64,000 bases of DNA from a virus. The translations under genes and the position numbers were made by a program. The notes below the pieces were generated by a model. That model saw only the letters and a list, made by a program, of their open reading frames with translations, did not search any database and was not told where the DNA came from. Of the stretch, positions 44,897 through 55,069 are shown piece after piece (the stretch's first letter is position 1; every line of letters starts with the position of its first letter). The DNA lies in IMG/VR virus record IMGVR_UViG_3300020455_000616; one strand, given 5' to 3'.

Positions 44897-45822
44897 TTCT
44901 CAATCAATCCATCTAGAGATGGTATCTCTATTAAATCACGATAATCCTCATGTAGTTCACATCCAATGTAATCCCTACTTAATGACCTTGCTACCCTAGC
45001 AGTAGTACCAGATCCCATAAATGGATCTAATATAATATCTCCCTTTTGACTACCTGCCTTTATACATGGTTCAATAAGATCTGGTGGATACACTGCAAAG
45101 TGAGCACCTTTATAAGGTTTATTAGTTACCCTCCAAACAGATCTTTTATTCTTCTTAGCATACGATTTACTTAACCCAGTGTGAGGGGAAAGACCAGTGC
45201 CAGCATTATGATACTTACCTTTAGTACGATCTCTAGTACCCCAATCTTTTGCTGGTTCTTTGATTGCTTCATTGTCATAATAATACCTCTTGTTTTTACT
45301 TAATAGAAACAAATATTCATGGGATTTTGTACATCTATCCTTCACACTTTCTGGCATTGGATTAGGTTTATGCCATATAATATCTTGCCTTAAATACCAT
45401 CCATCTGCTCTTAATGCAAATGCTAACATCCAAGGTATTCCAATTAAATCTTTCTCTTTTAATCCTTCTAATTTATTACCTCTTTTATTGCACTTATCTG
45501 GTAGGTCTTGTTTAGTCTTGCTTACTGATTGTTTAGGATATGCCTGACCTTTACCAGGTCTATAGTTATAATAACTATCACCTATGTTAACCCATAATGT
45601 TCCATCATCTGTTAGGCAATCTCTTACCAATCCAAATACTTCAACTAAATTTTTTATGAAGTCTTCTGGTGACTGTTCCTGACCTATCTGGTTCTCTTCA
45701 CCACCATAGTCCCTAAGACCATAATAAGGCGGTGACGTTACACACATCCTCGCCTTATCTGTATATGAAGCAAACTGTTTTAACGTCTCTCTACAATCAC
45801 CATAGAGGATAGAATTTCTCAT
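44893..45822 (-). CDS. beta-class DNA methyltransferase, likely N4-cytosine
   Basis: TSPPY motif IV precedes LDPFMGSGTT motif I. Confidence 0.9.
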   Translation of the reverse strand: MRNSILYGDCRETLKQFASYTDKARMCVTSPPYYGLRDYGGEENQIGQEQSPEDFIKNLVEVFGLVRDCLTDDGTLWVNIGDSYYNYRPGKGQAYPKQSVSKTKQDLPDKCNKRGNKLEGLKEKDLIGIPWMLAFALRADGWYLRQDIIWHKPNPMPESVKDRCTKSHEYLFLLSKNKRYYYDNEAIKEPAKDWGTRDRTKGKYHNAGTGLSPHTGLSKSYAKKNKRSVWRVTNKPYKGAHFAVYPPDLIEPCIKAGSQKGDIILDPFMGSGTTARVARSLSRDYIGCELHEDYRDLIEIPSLDGLIEK

Positions 45823-46487
45823 TAACCAAAAGTTGAATCAGGTTCTAATGCAATAAAGTATGTAAGATCATAATCTTTACATTTAAACCTAGACAATAGT
45901 TTCTGAGATACAACAACCTCATAAGTACCAGGTATAATTTTAATATTTTCTACTTTAAAATTAAAGTTGAATACATCATTTGTCTCACCAACTGTAATAG
46001 CAAAGTCATTAGAAGTATCATTCTTCTTATCTCTAACAACAATCCTTACTACACCATTCTCACCAACGACTGCTAAGTCTGGTAACTGATAAATTGCTGC
46101 TGCCTTAAGCAAACGATCTAACTGTTGTGTATTCAATACAAATGATACATCCTCACTAGGAAGATCTAAATTCTTATCTGGTGGTGTAACTATTACGCTA
46201 GGATCAGCAAAGAAGTATTTGGATCTCATCCTACCTTCTTTAATAACTACATGACCTTCATTGTCAAAATCCAAATCAGGATTCTGATGTAGACCCATAC
46301 CATTAAGGAATTGATTCAAATCATATATTCCAAAATCTTTTGGGAATGATTCATTGACTTCTGCTTCTGCAAGAATATTCTTCATTACAGAGATTGTACG
46401 AAGTTTACTACCCTCTTTAAAAAGAATAGATTGATTGATGTTACTGAAGTTCTTAAGTAGATTAACAGTTTTATCAGAAAGTTTCAT
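45822..46487 (-). CDS. g45: sliding clamp (T4 gp45)
   Basis: MKLS.KT..LLKNFS.INQS, FGIYDLNQFL; start moved to MKLSD. Confidence 0.95.
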   Translation of the reverse strand: MKLSDKTVNLLKNFSNINQSILFKEGSKLRTISVMKNILAEAEVNESFPKDFGIYDLNQFLNGMGLHQNPDLDFDNEGHVVIKEGRMRSKYFFADPSVIVTPPDKNLDLPSEDVSFVLNTQQLDRLLKAAAIYQLPDLAVVGENGVVRIVVRDKKNDTSNDFAITVGETNDVFNFNFKVENIKIIPGTYEVVVSQKLLSRFKCKDYDLTYFIALEPDSTFG

Positions 46488-47148
46488 AACGAGTGTTAGT
46501 ATAATCAGTTTCTTTAGTGTTGCCACTGAAGTAATAGAGGAGTAAGCAATAATGCATTGCTTTTAGTATATCTTGTTTTGCAGTTCCCTTCTTATCATAG
46601 CGACTCAAATACTTAAGTGCATTAGATCGACAGAATGATTCTGCATCACCTACAGAGTGAATAAGATCAAGAGTTTGAGTATCTGAATTCTTATTAGTGT
46701 AGTGTCCTTGATAGGTAGAAGAGACATAAGTTTTTAAGTCTTCAATACCTTTATCTTCTTGATACTTGTGAGATTTATAGTTTAAATCTGGTTGAGGTTT
46801 TGGATCATGAGCATCAGCAAAAGTTACAGTATCCTCAGTATTAAAGGTTACAGTATCATAACCACTAGTGTCAATGTTGAGAGATTCTGCTGCACCAACC
46901 ATGTTGTCTATTTGAAAATCAAATGCACTAGCATAAGGATTAGTTTCTATGGTTTTTTCAAATGGATTTTCAGTTAATCCATTTCTATCCCAATCATAGT
47001 AATACTGAGAATGCTTTGGTTCAGGATTAATTAGGTCATAGTCCTCACTTTCTAATGAGGTGATCCTATCATCATCTTTTGACTTTGGAGGATCATACTC
47101 ATCAGACTCCTGAGGTGTTACTCTATTCTCGTCACTCATAGTAGACAT
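46474..47148 (-). CDS. DUF3310-like protein with long acidic N-terminal extension
   Basis: C-terminal TYQGHY..QTLDLI..FCRSNALKYLSRYDKKG..DILKAMHY; N-terminal half Asp/Glu-rich. Confidence 0.7.
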   Translation of the reverse strand: MSTMSDENRVTPQESDEYDPPKSKDDDRITSLESEDYDLINPEPKHSQYYYDWDRNGLTENPFEKTIETNPYASAFDFQIDNMVGAAESLNIDTSGYDTVTFNTEDTVTFADAHDPKPQPDLNYKSHKYQEDKGIEDLKTYVSSTYQGHYTNKNSDTQTLDLIHSVGDAESFCRSNALKYLSRYDKKGTAKQDILKAMHYCLLLYYFSGNTKETDYTNTRYETF

Positions 47149-47162
47149 TCTTTTCTCCTAAT

Positions 47163-47191
47163 ATTATACCAAGGATTCTTCTTCTTGTCCA
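47163..47191 (-). promoter_or_regulatory. sigma70-like promoter TGGACA-17-TATAAT
   Basis: -35 47186-47191, -10 47163-47168, SD AGGAG follows. Confidence 0.7.
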
Positions 47192-48318
47192 TCTTCTGCT
47201 GGTGCAAAATTAGGATCAACCTTGTCATAGAGTTCTAAGAAGGACTGCTTAGTCTCATCATCAAATCTATTGAGGCACATATTAACTGCCTTCTCCTTGT
47301 TATTGAAGATGCTATATGCACGGATGATGTGTGTCAAACGACGAGTACTAATAACTTCATCAATACCACCATCATAGAATGTCTTACGGATAATGTCTGC
47401 CCAGTCTACAAGACGCTGACAGAAGTCAGAGTGTTGATTAACTTCAGCATCACCATTAGCAAGACCAACTTCTATTGCCTTTGCTACAAGAATCTTAAAT
47501 TCAGTTGTAGGTGAAGGATACTGTTGTTCAAAGGTAACACAGAATCTTTCTAGGAATGCTTCATTAAGAACATTAGTTCCTATAAATCTACCATCATCAG
47601 ATCCCTTACCCTTTGTATTAGCAGTAGCAAGAATGTTGAATCCTTTAGCAGGTTTTACAAACTTACCAATCTTTTTAAGGAATACTCCTTTACCTTCTAA
47701 GATTGACTGGAGGCACAAGATTTTGTTAGAGGCAAGATCAACTTCGTCCAGAAGCAAGATTGCCCCTCTTTGTAATGCTTCGACAACAGGACCGTTGTGC
47801 CAAACAGTGCAACCATCAATAAGACGGAAACCGCCAATGAGATCATCTTCGTCCGTTTCGACTGTGATGTTGACACGAATTAACTCCCTTCCTAATTGAG
47901 CACACGCCTGTTCGACGCTAAATGTTTTACCATTACCAGATAGACCAGTAATAAATGTTGGATAAAACAACTTGGATTGAATAATTTTCTTAACGTCATT
48001 AAAGTTTCCAAACTTAACAAAAGTTGGATCTTTATCTGGGATAAGATTTTGAACTACAGAAGGAATTGCTGATGGAGCAGATGGAGCAGCAGGTGCTTTG
48101 AATGAACGCTCAATCTTCTCAACTGCTTTTGTAGTTACTTCCAAATTCCACTTACCCTTCTCTACTTTATGCTTAAGTAGTTTCTTAGTGACTGTTTGAT
48201 AACCAATATCATTCATGGCACAGAAGGCACGAATATCAGCAGCAGTAAATTGATTGCCGTATGTCTTCTTTAAACCATTTTTGATTTGGTCTTCGGTCAT
48301 TTTAATTTCAAAAGGCAT
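47164..48318 (-). CDS. cobS: MoxR/CobS-like AAA+ ATPase
   Basis: GLSGNGKT Walker A, LLDEVD Walker B, ATANT, LNEAFLERF. Confidence 0.92.
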   Translation of the reverse strand: MPFEIKMTEDQIKNGLKKTYGNQFTAADIRAFCAMNDIGYQTVTKKLLKHKVEKGKWNLEVTTKAVEKIERSFKAPAAPSAPSAIPSVVQNLIPDKDPTFVKFGNFNDVKKIIQSKLFYPTFITGLSGNGKTFSVEQACAQLGRELIRVNITVETDEDDLIGGFRLIDGCTVWHNGPVVEALQRGAILLLDEVDLASNKILCLQSILEGKGVFLKKIGKFVKPAKGFNILATANTKGKGSDDGRFIGTNVLNEAFLERFCVTFEQQYPSPTTEFKILVAKAIEVGLANGDAEVNQHSDFCQRLVDWADIIRKTFYDGGIDEVISTRRLTHIIRAYSIFNNKEKAVNMCLNRFDDETKQSFLELYDKVDPNFAPAEDGQEEESLV

Positions 48319-48345
48319 AATGATGTATTTGTGTTGTATGTATAT

Positions 48346-48404
48346 ATTATATACTCTTACAATATGGAAGTATATAATAAGTGGACAGTTTTTTAACTGG
48401 TTTT
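48346..48404 (-). promoter_or_regulatory. palindrome-associated early promoter, copy 1
   Basis: 24 bp element (..CCAGTTAAAAAACTGTCCAC), 29 bp spacer, TATAAT, then ATATACATACAA. Confidence 0.65.
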
Positions 48405-50613
48405 ATGCAATCAGGTCTACAAACTCTCCTAAGACTTTTTTGTTTAGTTTCTTAGTCTTAAGTGACTTAGTAAATGCCCTCTTGATCTCTGCCTTAGTTG
48501 CAAATTCTCCAACCTCAAACTCATCATCTTGAGCGAGAGTAGCAGAAGACAAACCAAAGTACTTATTGTATCCATCAAGTTCCATAGAGAAGCTCTTAGT
48601 CTTCTTCCATTGTGCTCTTGAACTAAGTGCTTCTGGACTATTCCATCCACAGTAACGATCAATAAAGTATCCAGCATCACGAGGAGCAAGAAGTCTAATA
48701 CCAATAAAGTTGATACCAGGATTCTCATCTTTTACATAGGTAATAAGAGTACCTGTAAAATCATTCCATGCATGCTTAACCCTATATGTTCTACCATTCT
48801 TACGGTTACGTAAATGATCACGCATTGCATGGATAGATGTTTGACCCAAATATGGTTTTGGTTCCCAATGACGTTCAACTGTTTTATGCTTAGGTAGATG
48901 ATTTGCTTCACCATCAGTAAGGATAACACATTGAACTTTTTGAACACCAGTCTCCTTTTTAAACTTTGGAAGAATCTGATTTAAAGCAACAATAGTCTCA
49001 TTTAAAGGTGTGCCAGATAGATTCAATCTTGGTGGAGTAGGATATGAGCAATAGTTCCTAGTTCCATATGCGATCTTCCAGATATTCATCATTTGCTTCT
49101 CAGACTCTTTACTGTTTGAATCACTAGTAAAGAATTCCATTAAAGAGAATCTATCATCTATAGCAAGCAATCCATCCTTTGGAGTATAGTGTGGAAGAGC
49201 GTCATACATTCCATTAGCATTTTGATGGAACTCATATGTAAATGCATAGACCTTAAAAGGAATACCAACCTTTCTACAAAACCATACAAGATTATATAAC
49301 TGCTTAATAGTATCCATTAAGCAAGTTGACATTGAACCTGACCAGTCAAGAATGAATACTAGACCATGATTCTTACCATCAGCAAGAGTTGTTACCTTTT
49401 TGAATAGATCTTCATTGTACTTGTAAGTATGAAGTTTAGTGCAGTCTAGAACACCAGTTTTAGATGTTGTAGCACGAGCATATGAGTCTGCTGCCTTCTT
49501 ACACTCAAATTCTTTAACAAGATAGTTGACTTCTTTTTGTGCAGACTTCTTGAACTTATTATATTCACTTAGTACTTCAGCATCATCCCTTCTCAAATAT
49601 TGAAGGTCTTCCTGATATTCTTTCTTGTCTGATTCATATTGATTCCAGAAGTCTTCTATGTATCCATGAACAGCAGCATTTGAATTGATAACAGTATTTA
49701 AATTTAGTTTAGGAAATTCAACATATTCATTTGGTTGTGCTTCATCATTAACTAAATCTTTAATTGCTTTTGCTAGTGCTCTATCAGTTCTAACTTGTGG
49801 TTCATCTGGTTCACCTTCAGGAGGACCACTTGCTTCATTACCTGCAACATCCTGACCAATCTCATCGTAAGGAATATCATCTTCACCTAAATCAGGACGA
49901 CCATCTTTTGTAGGTTCACCATCTTCTTCATCTTCTTCCATATTAGACTCATTATATGATTCAAATACATCCTCATTCAGATCGTCACCATCACCATTAT
50001 TACCTGCCATCTTCATGAACTCTTCAAACTCTTCCTCTTCCTTTGCCTCTTCTTCTTTTTGCTTCTCAAATTCTGCCTTGCAGTAGTTATACATCATCTC
50101 TGCTGCATATTCTGCATCTTCAAAAGTCTCAGCATCAGCAGTTAAATCAACAATCTTTTGCTCCTCTTCATTAAACTTGATTCCCATAAAAGGACCAATC
50201 TTAAAATGAATGTTGATTCTATCTGCAATATTCATCTCATCAATATTAACACCTTTAAGATCAAAGAAGTCATCTTTATATAATTGATTATAACCACCAT
50301 AGAATGTCTTAGGAAGACCTTCGTACTTACGCTTCATTAACTTCTCAATACGAGCATCTTCTGTAACATTGATAAATGCCTGAGGGAATTTTTTAGATGG
50401 ATCTCTATTAGGTGTGAATAATGCATGTCCTACTTCATGAGCAACTAACATATCATATACACTCTCTTCTGCATCCCACATTGGTAGAGTCAAGACACGA
50501 GTCTCAACATTGAACATTGCAGTCTCTACTTGCTTGTTCTCTATGATAAGATCTTCAGTAGCAAGTAACTTTGCTAGTTGACCTTTGATCTCTAGATTGA
50601 CTGTTTTGTTCAT
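48403..50613 (-). CDS. metallopeptidase-VWA (CobT-like) protein
   Basis: HEVGH HExxH motif, EDARIE, LDWSGSM MIDAS, GTPL, LTDG; acidic linker; start moved to MNKTV. Confidence 0.85.
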   Translation of the reverse strand: MNKTVNLEIKGQLAKLLATEDLIIENKQVETAMFNVETRVLTLPMWDAEESVYDMLVAHEVGHALFTPNRDPSKKFPQAFINVTEDARIEKLMKRKYEGLPKTFYGGYNQLYKDDFFDLKGVNIDEMNIADRINIHFKIGPFMGIKFNEEEQKIVDLTADAETFEDAEYAAEMMYNYCKAEFEKQKEEEAKEEEEFEEFMKMAGNNGDGDDLNEDVFESYNESNMEEDEEDGEPTKDGRPDLGEDDIPYDEIGQDVAGNEASGPPEGEPDEPQVRTDRALAKAIKDLVNDEAQPNEYVEFPKLNLNTVINSNAAVHGYIEDFWNQYESDKKEYQEDLQYLRRDDAEVLSEYNKFKKSAQKEVNYLVKEFECKKAADSYARATTSKTGVLDCTKLHTYKYNEDLFKKVTTLADGKNHGLVFILDWSGSMSTCLMDTIKQLYNLVWFCRKVGIPFKVYAFTYEFHQNANGMYDALPHYTPKDGLLAIDDRFSLMEFFTSDSNSKESEKQMMNIWKIAYGTRNYCSYPTPPRLNLSGTPLNETIVALNQILPKFKKETGVQKVQCVILTDGEANHLPKHKTVERHWEPKPYLGQTSIHAMRDHLRNRKNGRTYRVKHAWNDFTGTLITYVKDENPGINFIGIRLLAPRDAGYFIDRYCGWNSPEALSSRAQWKKTKSFSMELDGYNKYFGLSSATLAQDDEFEVGEFATKAEIKRAFTKSLKTKKLNKKVLGEFVDLIA

Positions 50614-50782
50614 TTTTTTCCTTTTGTATGTACACATTATAAAACCCCTTCCGTGGGGAAGAGGTGTTAAGTAGACGCTTTTTTAACTGTCTACGTCGTT
50701 CTCTTGCACTGCGTAATGCTTGAGGTTTAAGTGTACGCTTCGGTTCTTTGCCCGAATTGTGTTGCCAGTTAGGTAGTTTCAT
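50555..50782 (-). CDS. small basic hypothetical protein
   Basis: MKLPNWQHNSGKEPKRTLKPQALR.AR.RRRQLKKRL. Confidence 0.65.
   Translation of the reverse strand: MKLPNWQHNSGKEPKRTLKPQALRSARERRRQLKKRLLNTSSPRKGFYNVYIQKEKNEQNSQSRDQRSTSKVTCY
50636..50694 (-). promoter_or_regulatory. palindrome-associated early promoter, copy 2
   Basis: GTAGACAGTTAAAAAAGCGTCTAC, 29 bp spacer, TATAAT, then GTGTACATACAA. Confidence 0.65.
50642..50665 (-). terminator. intrinsic terminator embedded in the promoter spacer
   Basis: CCUCUUCC-CCAC-GGAAGGGG followed by UUUU. Confidence 0.5.
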
Positions 50783-50993
50783 CGAACTTTTTAAGTGAGT
50801 CCTTGAGATTGGATGAACAATCAGGAGGTTCAGGATCTACTATACCATAGATCTTCTTCCATTTGTTGTGCAATGCACCCATCATCCAAGATTGAGCAAG
50901 ACTATGAGGACCATTCTCAAGCAGATCTAACTCATACTTGCTATTGGTGTATGCCTTCATCTCCTCTCGCCAATTGGAATCATCCTTGTCCAC
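50769..50993 (-). CDS. hypothetical protein
   Basis: 74 aa ORF with overlaps at both ends. Confidence 0.65.
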   Translation of the reverse strand: MDKDDSNWREEMKAYTNSKYELDLLENGPHSLAQSWMMGALHNKWKKIYGIVDPEPPDCSSNLKDSLKKFDETT

Positions 50994-51888
50994 TGATCCA
51001 ATCCTCCAGTTCTACAGTTGGTCTCCACCCGAAGATAAGTCTCAGAAGAGTATTCTGTGCAAGAGTCTCTCTTGCTTCACCAGGTCTTTCTGGTATATAT
51101 GATAGTCTACTATCTAGACAAGTAACCATTCTTGCAACTTGATTAACAGAATAATTTTTACCATTACCTACATTGTAAACTTCTCCATAATCCTCATCTT
51201 TAATATCAGTAATCGCAGCAAGATAATTTGCATGGACTACATCAGATACATGTGTAAAGTCTCTACGTTGCTCACCATCACCCACAATAGTTAACTTTTC
51301 ACCTGCTGCTTTTTGACGTAAGAAGATGCCAATAACAGGAGCATACTGTCCTCTTAATGGTTGACGCTCACCATAGACATTAAAGTATCTAAAGATAACT
51401 GTCTTAAGTCCAAATAGTTCTGTATACATCTTACACAATTTCTCACCAGCAACCTTAGAAACTGAATAAGGATTTAAACAATCATCTGGGTCCATCTCAG
51501 CATTTGGTGTCTTACCCATACCATAAGCAGATGATGTAGATGAATACATTACCTTCTGTACACCTGCTTCCCTAGCACACTGTAAGACTGTTGTAGTACC
51601 TACACAGTTTATCTGAACTGCTCTTATAGGATTCTCAATTGCTGGTTGAATTCTTGCTTCTGCTGCAATATGGAATACGTAATCAATACCATCATATAAT
51701 GGTCGTGTATTCTCATAGTCACAGATATCAAACTTATGATTCTCTGCTCTCTCATTCCAGTAGAAATTATCATGAGCATCTGAATACTCATTGTCAATTA
51801 CAACTACCTCATGTCCTTCTGCGAGAAGTTTATCTACGAGGTTCGATCCTATGAATCCTGCACCTCCTGTTACTAATGATCTTGTCAT
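50980..51888 (-). CDS. NAD-dependent nucleotide-sugar epimerase/dehydratase (WcaG-like SDR)
   Basis: TGGAGFIG, SSTSSAYG, YSVSK YxxxK, FNVYG. Confidence 0.93.
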   Translation of the reverse strand: MTRSLVTGGAGFIGSNLVDKLLAEGHEVVVIDNEYSDAHDNFYWNERAENHKFDICDYENTRPLYDGIDYVFHIAAEARIQPAIENPIRAVQINCVGTTTVLQCAREAGVQKVMYSSTSSAYGMGKTPNAEMDPDDCLNPYSVSKVAGEKLCKMYTELFGLKTVIFRYFNVYGERQPLRGQYAPVIGIFLRQKAAGEKLTIVGDGEQRRDFTHVSDVVHANYLAAITDIKDEDYGEVYNVGNGKNYSVNQVARMVTCLDSRLSYIPERPGEARETLAQNTLLRLIFGWRPTVELEDWISGQG

Positions 51889-53600
51889 GATGTCATCCTG
51901 CTGAATCCTTTAATTTTTTCAAATCTAATTACATTGGTAAACTTATCTTGTAGACCCTCTTTATGAGAGATTACAAAGACGTTAGCGTCCTTAACCACAT
52001 ACCTAATAATCTTCAAAAATTCTTCAGTTCCAAATCCATCTAAGGAAGAATCAAAAGTCTCATCAAAGATAATCAAATTACAGTTAAGAGAATTTTTTAT
52101 CTTAGCAACTTCTCGCCATGTAAACAAGAGTGCTAAGTCAATTCTCATCTTCTCACCTTCTGAAAAAGAAGCATAAGAAAAATCCTCCTGAATGGGAGAT
52201 CTAATAGACTCATTGAACTCTTCATCCAATGCAAAGTTTATATAGAACTCCATCATTTGGAGGTATCTATTAACCTGTTGGTTAATCAACGGAAGATACT
52301 TCCTGATAATTTTGGTTTTAACACCACCATCCTTCAGAAGATCTGATACGAAGTTATATTTTATTATATCATCTTTCTTCGATTCTGCACTAGCGCAAGC
52401 AACTTCATATTGCCTTTTAAAGTCGGTTAACTTCTCATGCTCAGTATTTCTGTCTTCAAGTTGAGTGGTAATAGTTTGAATTTCTTGTTCAAGATCTCGG
52501 ACTTGTTTCTGATAACCAGAGACCTTTGTATTAACTTGAGAAATGCCATGCGTTAGATTAGTAACCTCTTCGGATAAACTGATAAAAGTGGACTCCCTCA
52601 ACTCTTCCTCTTTAATTGCATCTTCGAGTTCTTTATACCCAGATTGCAACTCTTTTGCTTTATTTTGGGAGTCCGTAATTTTATTTATCCTGAAGGTTTC
52701 TTCAATAGATTGTGTACATGTAGGGCAAACTGTATTACCTGTGAAGAACTTATGCTCTTCAGTAATCGTTGCTACTTTCTGAGATAATTTACCTCTCAAG
52801 TTACCCAACTTTTTAAGTTTTGCTCTAGAACCAGAATATTTTACAACCTCTTTGTTTTTATTACTTAACAAAGAATCTAGTTTTTTTTCTTCTTCTAATA
52901 AACTATCTTGCTGTTTAATTAAATCTTTAATACTTTTCTTTTTAGTATTAATATCCTTCTTACCTAATGCCTCAATCTCTTCCATAAAGGATTGTTGCAT
53001 CTCATACTTCTCCTGAAGAGTCATCTTTTTATAATCTAACTCTTTTATAGAATCCCTTACAACTTTAATCTTATCCTTAAGGACACTATTCATTGAAGAG
53101 AATATTTTAATATCTAAGATATCTTCAATAACCTCTCTCCTGTTAGGAGCATTCAGTTGCATAAACGGAACAAAGTTACTGCTACCTAAAATAACAATCT
53201 GTGTAAATGACTTGTAATTCATTTTAAGAACTACATTCTCTAACCAAGTCTGCTGTGCATTTGCATGAGCATCTTGATTTAACTGTTCATCATTTTTATA
53301 AATCTCAAACTTACTAGGTTTAATACCTCTTACAATTCTCCATTTAACAGTACCAATAAGAAAATTTATCTCAACTATAGTATCCTTCTCATTCATTGAG
53401 TTTACAAGGAGACTTTTAGTAACACCCCTATATGACTTACCAAACAAAGAGAATGTTAAAGCATCTAATAATGTAGATTTACCAGCACCATTATTACCAA
53501 CAATTAAAGTATTAAATGCAGATCCGTTAAAATTAACTTCAGTAAATTGATTACCAGTACTAAGAAAGTTTTTATATTTAATTGATTTAAATGTTATCAT
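51885..53600 (-). CDS. g46: SbcC/Rad50-like recombination ATPase (T4 gp46)
   Basis: GNNGAGKS, CPTC hook, FSEGEK signature, DETFD. Confidence 0.96.
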   Translation of the reverse strand: MITFKSIKYKNFLSTGNQFTEVNFNGSAFNTLIVGNNGAGKSTLLDALTFSLFGKSYRGVTKSLLVNSMNEKDTIVEINFLIGTVKWRIVRGIKPSKFEIYKNDEQLNQDAHANAQQTWLENVVLKMNYKSFTQIVILGSSNFVPFMQLNAPNRREVIEDILDIKIFSSMNSVLKDKIKVVRDSIKELDYKKMTLQEKYEMQQSFMEEIEALGKKDINTKKKSIKDLIKQQDSLLEEEKKLDSLLSNKNKEVVKYSGSRAKLKKLGNLRGKLSQKVATITEEHKFFTGNTVCPTCTQSIEETFRINKITDSQNKAKELQSGYKELEDAIKEEELRESTFISLSEEVTNLTHGISQVNTKVSGYQKQVRDLEQEIQTITTQLEDRNTEHEKLTDFKRQYEVACASAESKKDDIIKYNFVSDLLKDGGVKTKIIRKYLPLINQQVNRYLQMMEFYINFALDEEFNESIRSPIQEDFSYASFSEGEKMRIDLALLFTWREVAKIKNSLNCNLIIFDETFDSSLDGFGTEEFLKIIRYVVKDANVFVISHKEGLQDKFTNVIRFEKIKGFSRMTS

Positions 53601-53859
53601 CGTCAGGTGGTATCACAAGATCATTTTTAGTAATGACTGCATATTCATAACCATGCAGTTGGCAAGTCTTGACAATTAGGTTGTCATCAACCTCTAAGAC
53701 ATTTAGAACTGGAATTTCTTCCTCCTTCTCCTCTAGCATCATAGCAAATCTATCACAATCGTCTTCCTCTTCAAAAAGATAGAGAACTTGCCGACCTTCT
53801 TCATTTGTAACAGAGTACGCTCCTTGATCTTCACGACCTTCTAAAGTAAGAATATACAT
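53587..53859 (-). CDS. acidic hypothetical protein between g47 and g46
   Basis: 90 aa ORF, overlaps both neighbours. Confidence 0.75.
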   Translation of the reverse strand: MYILTLEGREDQGAYSVTNEEGRQVLYLFEEEDDCDRFAMMLEEKEEEIPVLNVLEVDDNLIVKTCQLHGYEYAVITKNDLVIPPDDDNI

Positions 53860-54893
53860 CAGACTAATTCACATGCCTCTCTATAGATATCATGAATTAT
53901 AGTCTGAATTTGTGACTTATTAATATTAGATTCAGATTCCTCAACATACCTGTTTAATAAGGCAATTGTATCTTCAGAGTCTATATCAATATTGTCATGA
54001 TTTATTTCTTCTTGGAAGTTCTCAACAATCTTAAGTTCAGCAACATCAGATGCATACAACTTATCTACAAATTTATCAAACTTCTTAGGAGAAGACTTCT
54101 GCTTTACTAATAATTTTACTATCTTATTGTCATATTGTCTAGCGTCAAATGTCTGATGGTCATTATCATCATAGTAAAGTGTATAGAATAATCTATAAGG
54201 ATTACGGATTTCTTCAGTCTCTAAAGTATCTGTATCAAATATATGGAATCCTCTCTTATCTCCAGTATCATTAGCAAACATCTCATAAGGATTACCTAAG
54301 TAATAAATCTTTCCATTATTAGACCTTGTATGATAATGTCCAGAGAATACTTTTGCAAAACTATCAAACATATCAGGTTTATATCCATCCATCATTACAT
54401 GCCCACGAGTAGCAGTAAATCCATTGAGTTCTAAATGACCCATACACATCTTTGCTTTTGATTTAGCAATCTTAGTCAGTGTCTTTTGTTCATTGTCACT
54501 ATTCATCCAAGGGACAAATAAAACTTTTAACTTATCAAACTTTACTTCAGTTGCTTCCGAATAACAAGTTATATTAGGGTACTCTTTGAGTAATAAATCT
54601 ATAGCATTTACTTCATTGGTATTCTTAAAATAAGCAGTATGATTACCAACAATAGTATGGATAGAATAGGATGTAAGTTTATCAAAATAATTCTCCTTTG
54701 CCCATTTTAAGGCAGCAAAATCTATACCCTTCCTATTATCAAAGGTATCTCCCATATCAATAATGGTATCAATACCTCTCTTCTCTAGTTCTGGGAAGAA
54801 TACATCATTGTAGAACTTTAAGAAATAGTCATGGAACAACTTGGAGTTCTTACGAGCACCAAAATGTTGATCGGTTATGATTGCGACCTTCAT
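53859..54893 (-). CDS. g47: SbcD/Mre11-like nuclease (T4 gp47)
   Basis: TDQHFG, MGDTFD, GNH, GHLE, SGHYH metallophosphoesterase motifs. Confidence 0.96.
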   Translation of the reverse strand: MKVAIITDQHFGARKNSKLFHDYFLKFYNDVFFPELEKRGIDTIIDMGDTFDNRKGIDFAALKWAKENYFDKLTSYSIHTIVGNHTAYFKNTNEVNAIDLLLKEYPNITCYSEATEVKFDKLKVLFVPWMNSDNEQKTLTKIAKSKAKMCMGHLELNGFTATRGHVMMDGYKPDMFDSFAKVFSGHYHTRSNNGKIYYLGNPYEMFANDTGDKRGFHIFDTDTLETEEIRNPYRLFYTLYYDDNDHQTFDARQYDNKIVKLLVKQKSSPKKFDKFVDKLYASDVAELKIVENFQEEINHDNIDIDSEDTIALLNRYVEESESNINKSQIQTIIHDIYREACELV

Positions 54894-55069
54894 TTTTTAC
54901 TAGTGCTGCTACGTGTACGATTAATAATAGTGATAAACTTATCACCAGCAAATGTGCCAGCAAGACAAACGTCTATGTCATCACCATCCTTCCAATTGAC
55001 ATCACCATTCATTTTAGTGTGAGTCATTGCAATTTGAATCTTGTCAATAACTTCTTGTGTTAATCTCAT
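54890..55069 (-). CDS. 59 aa hypothetical protein (missed by ORF track)
   Basis: MRLTQEVIDKIQIAMTHTKMNGDVNWKDGDDIDVCLAGTFAGDKFITIINRTRSSTSKK*; coupled to g55 and g47. Confidence 0.75.
   Translation of the reverse strand: MRLTQEVIDKIQIAMTHTKMNGDVNWKDGDDIDVCLAGTFAGDKFITIINRTRSSTSKK

Noticed and set aside
47164-50613. CobS/CobT as cobalamin biosynthesis genes
   Set aside because: This is a MoxR AAA+ plus VWA pair common in T4-like phages; no cobN or other cobalamin genes are present, so the name reflects homology only
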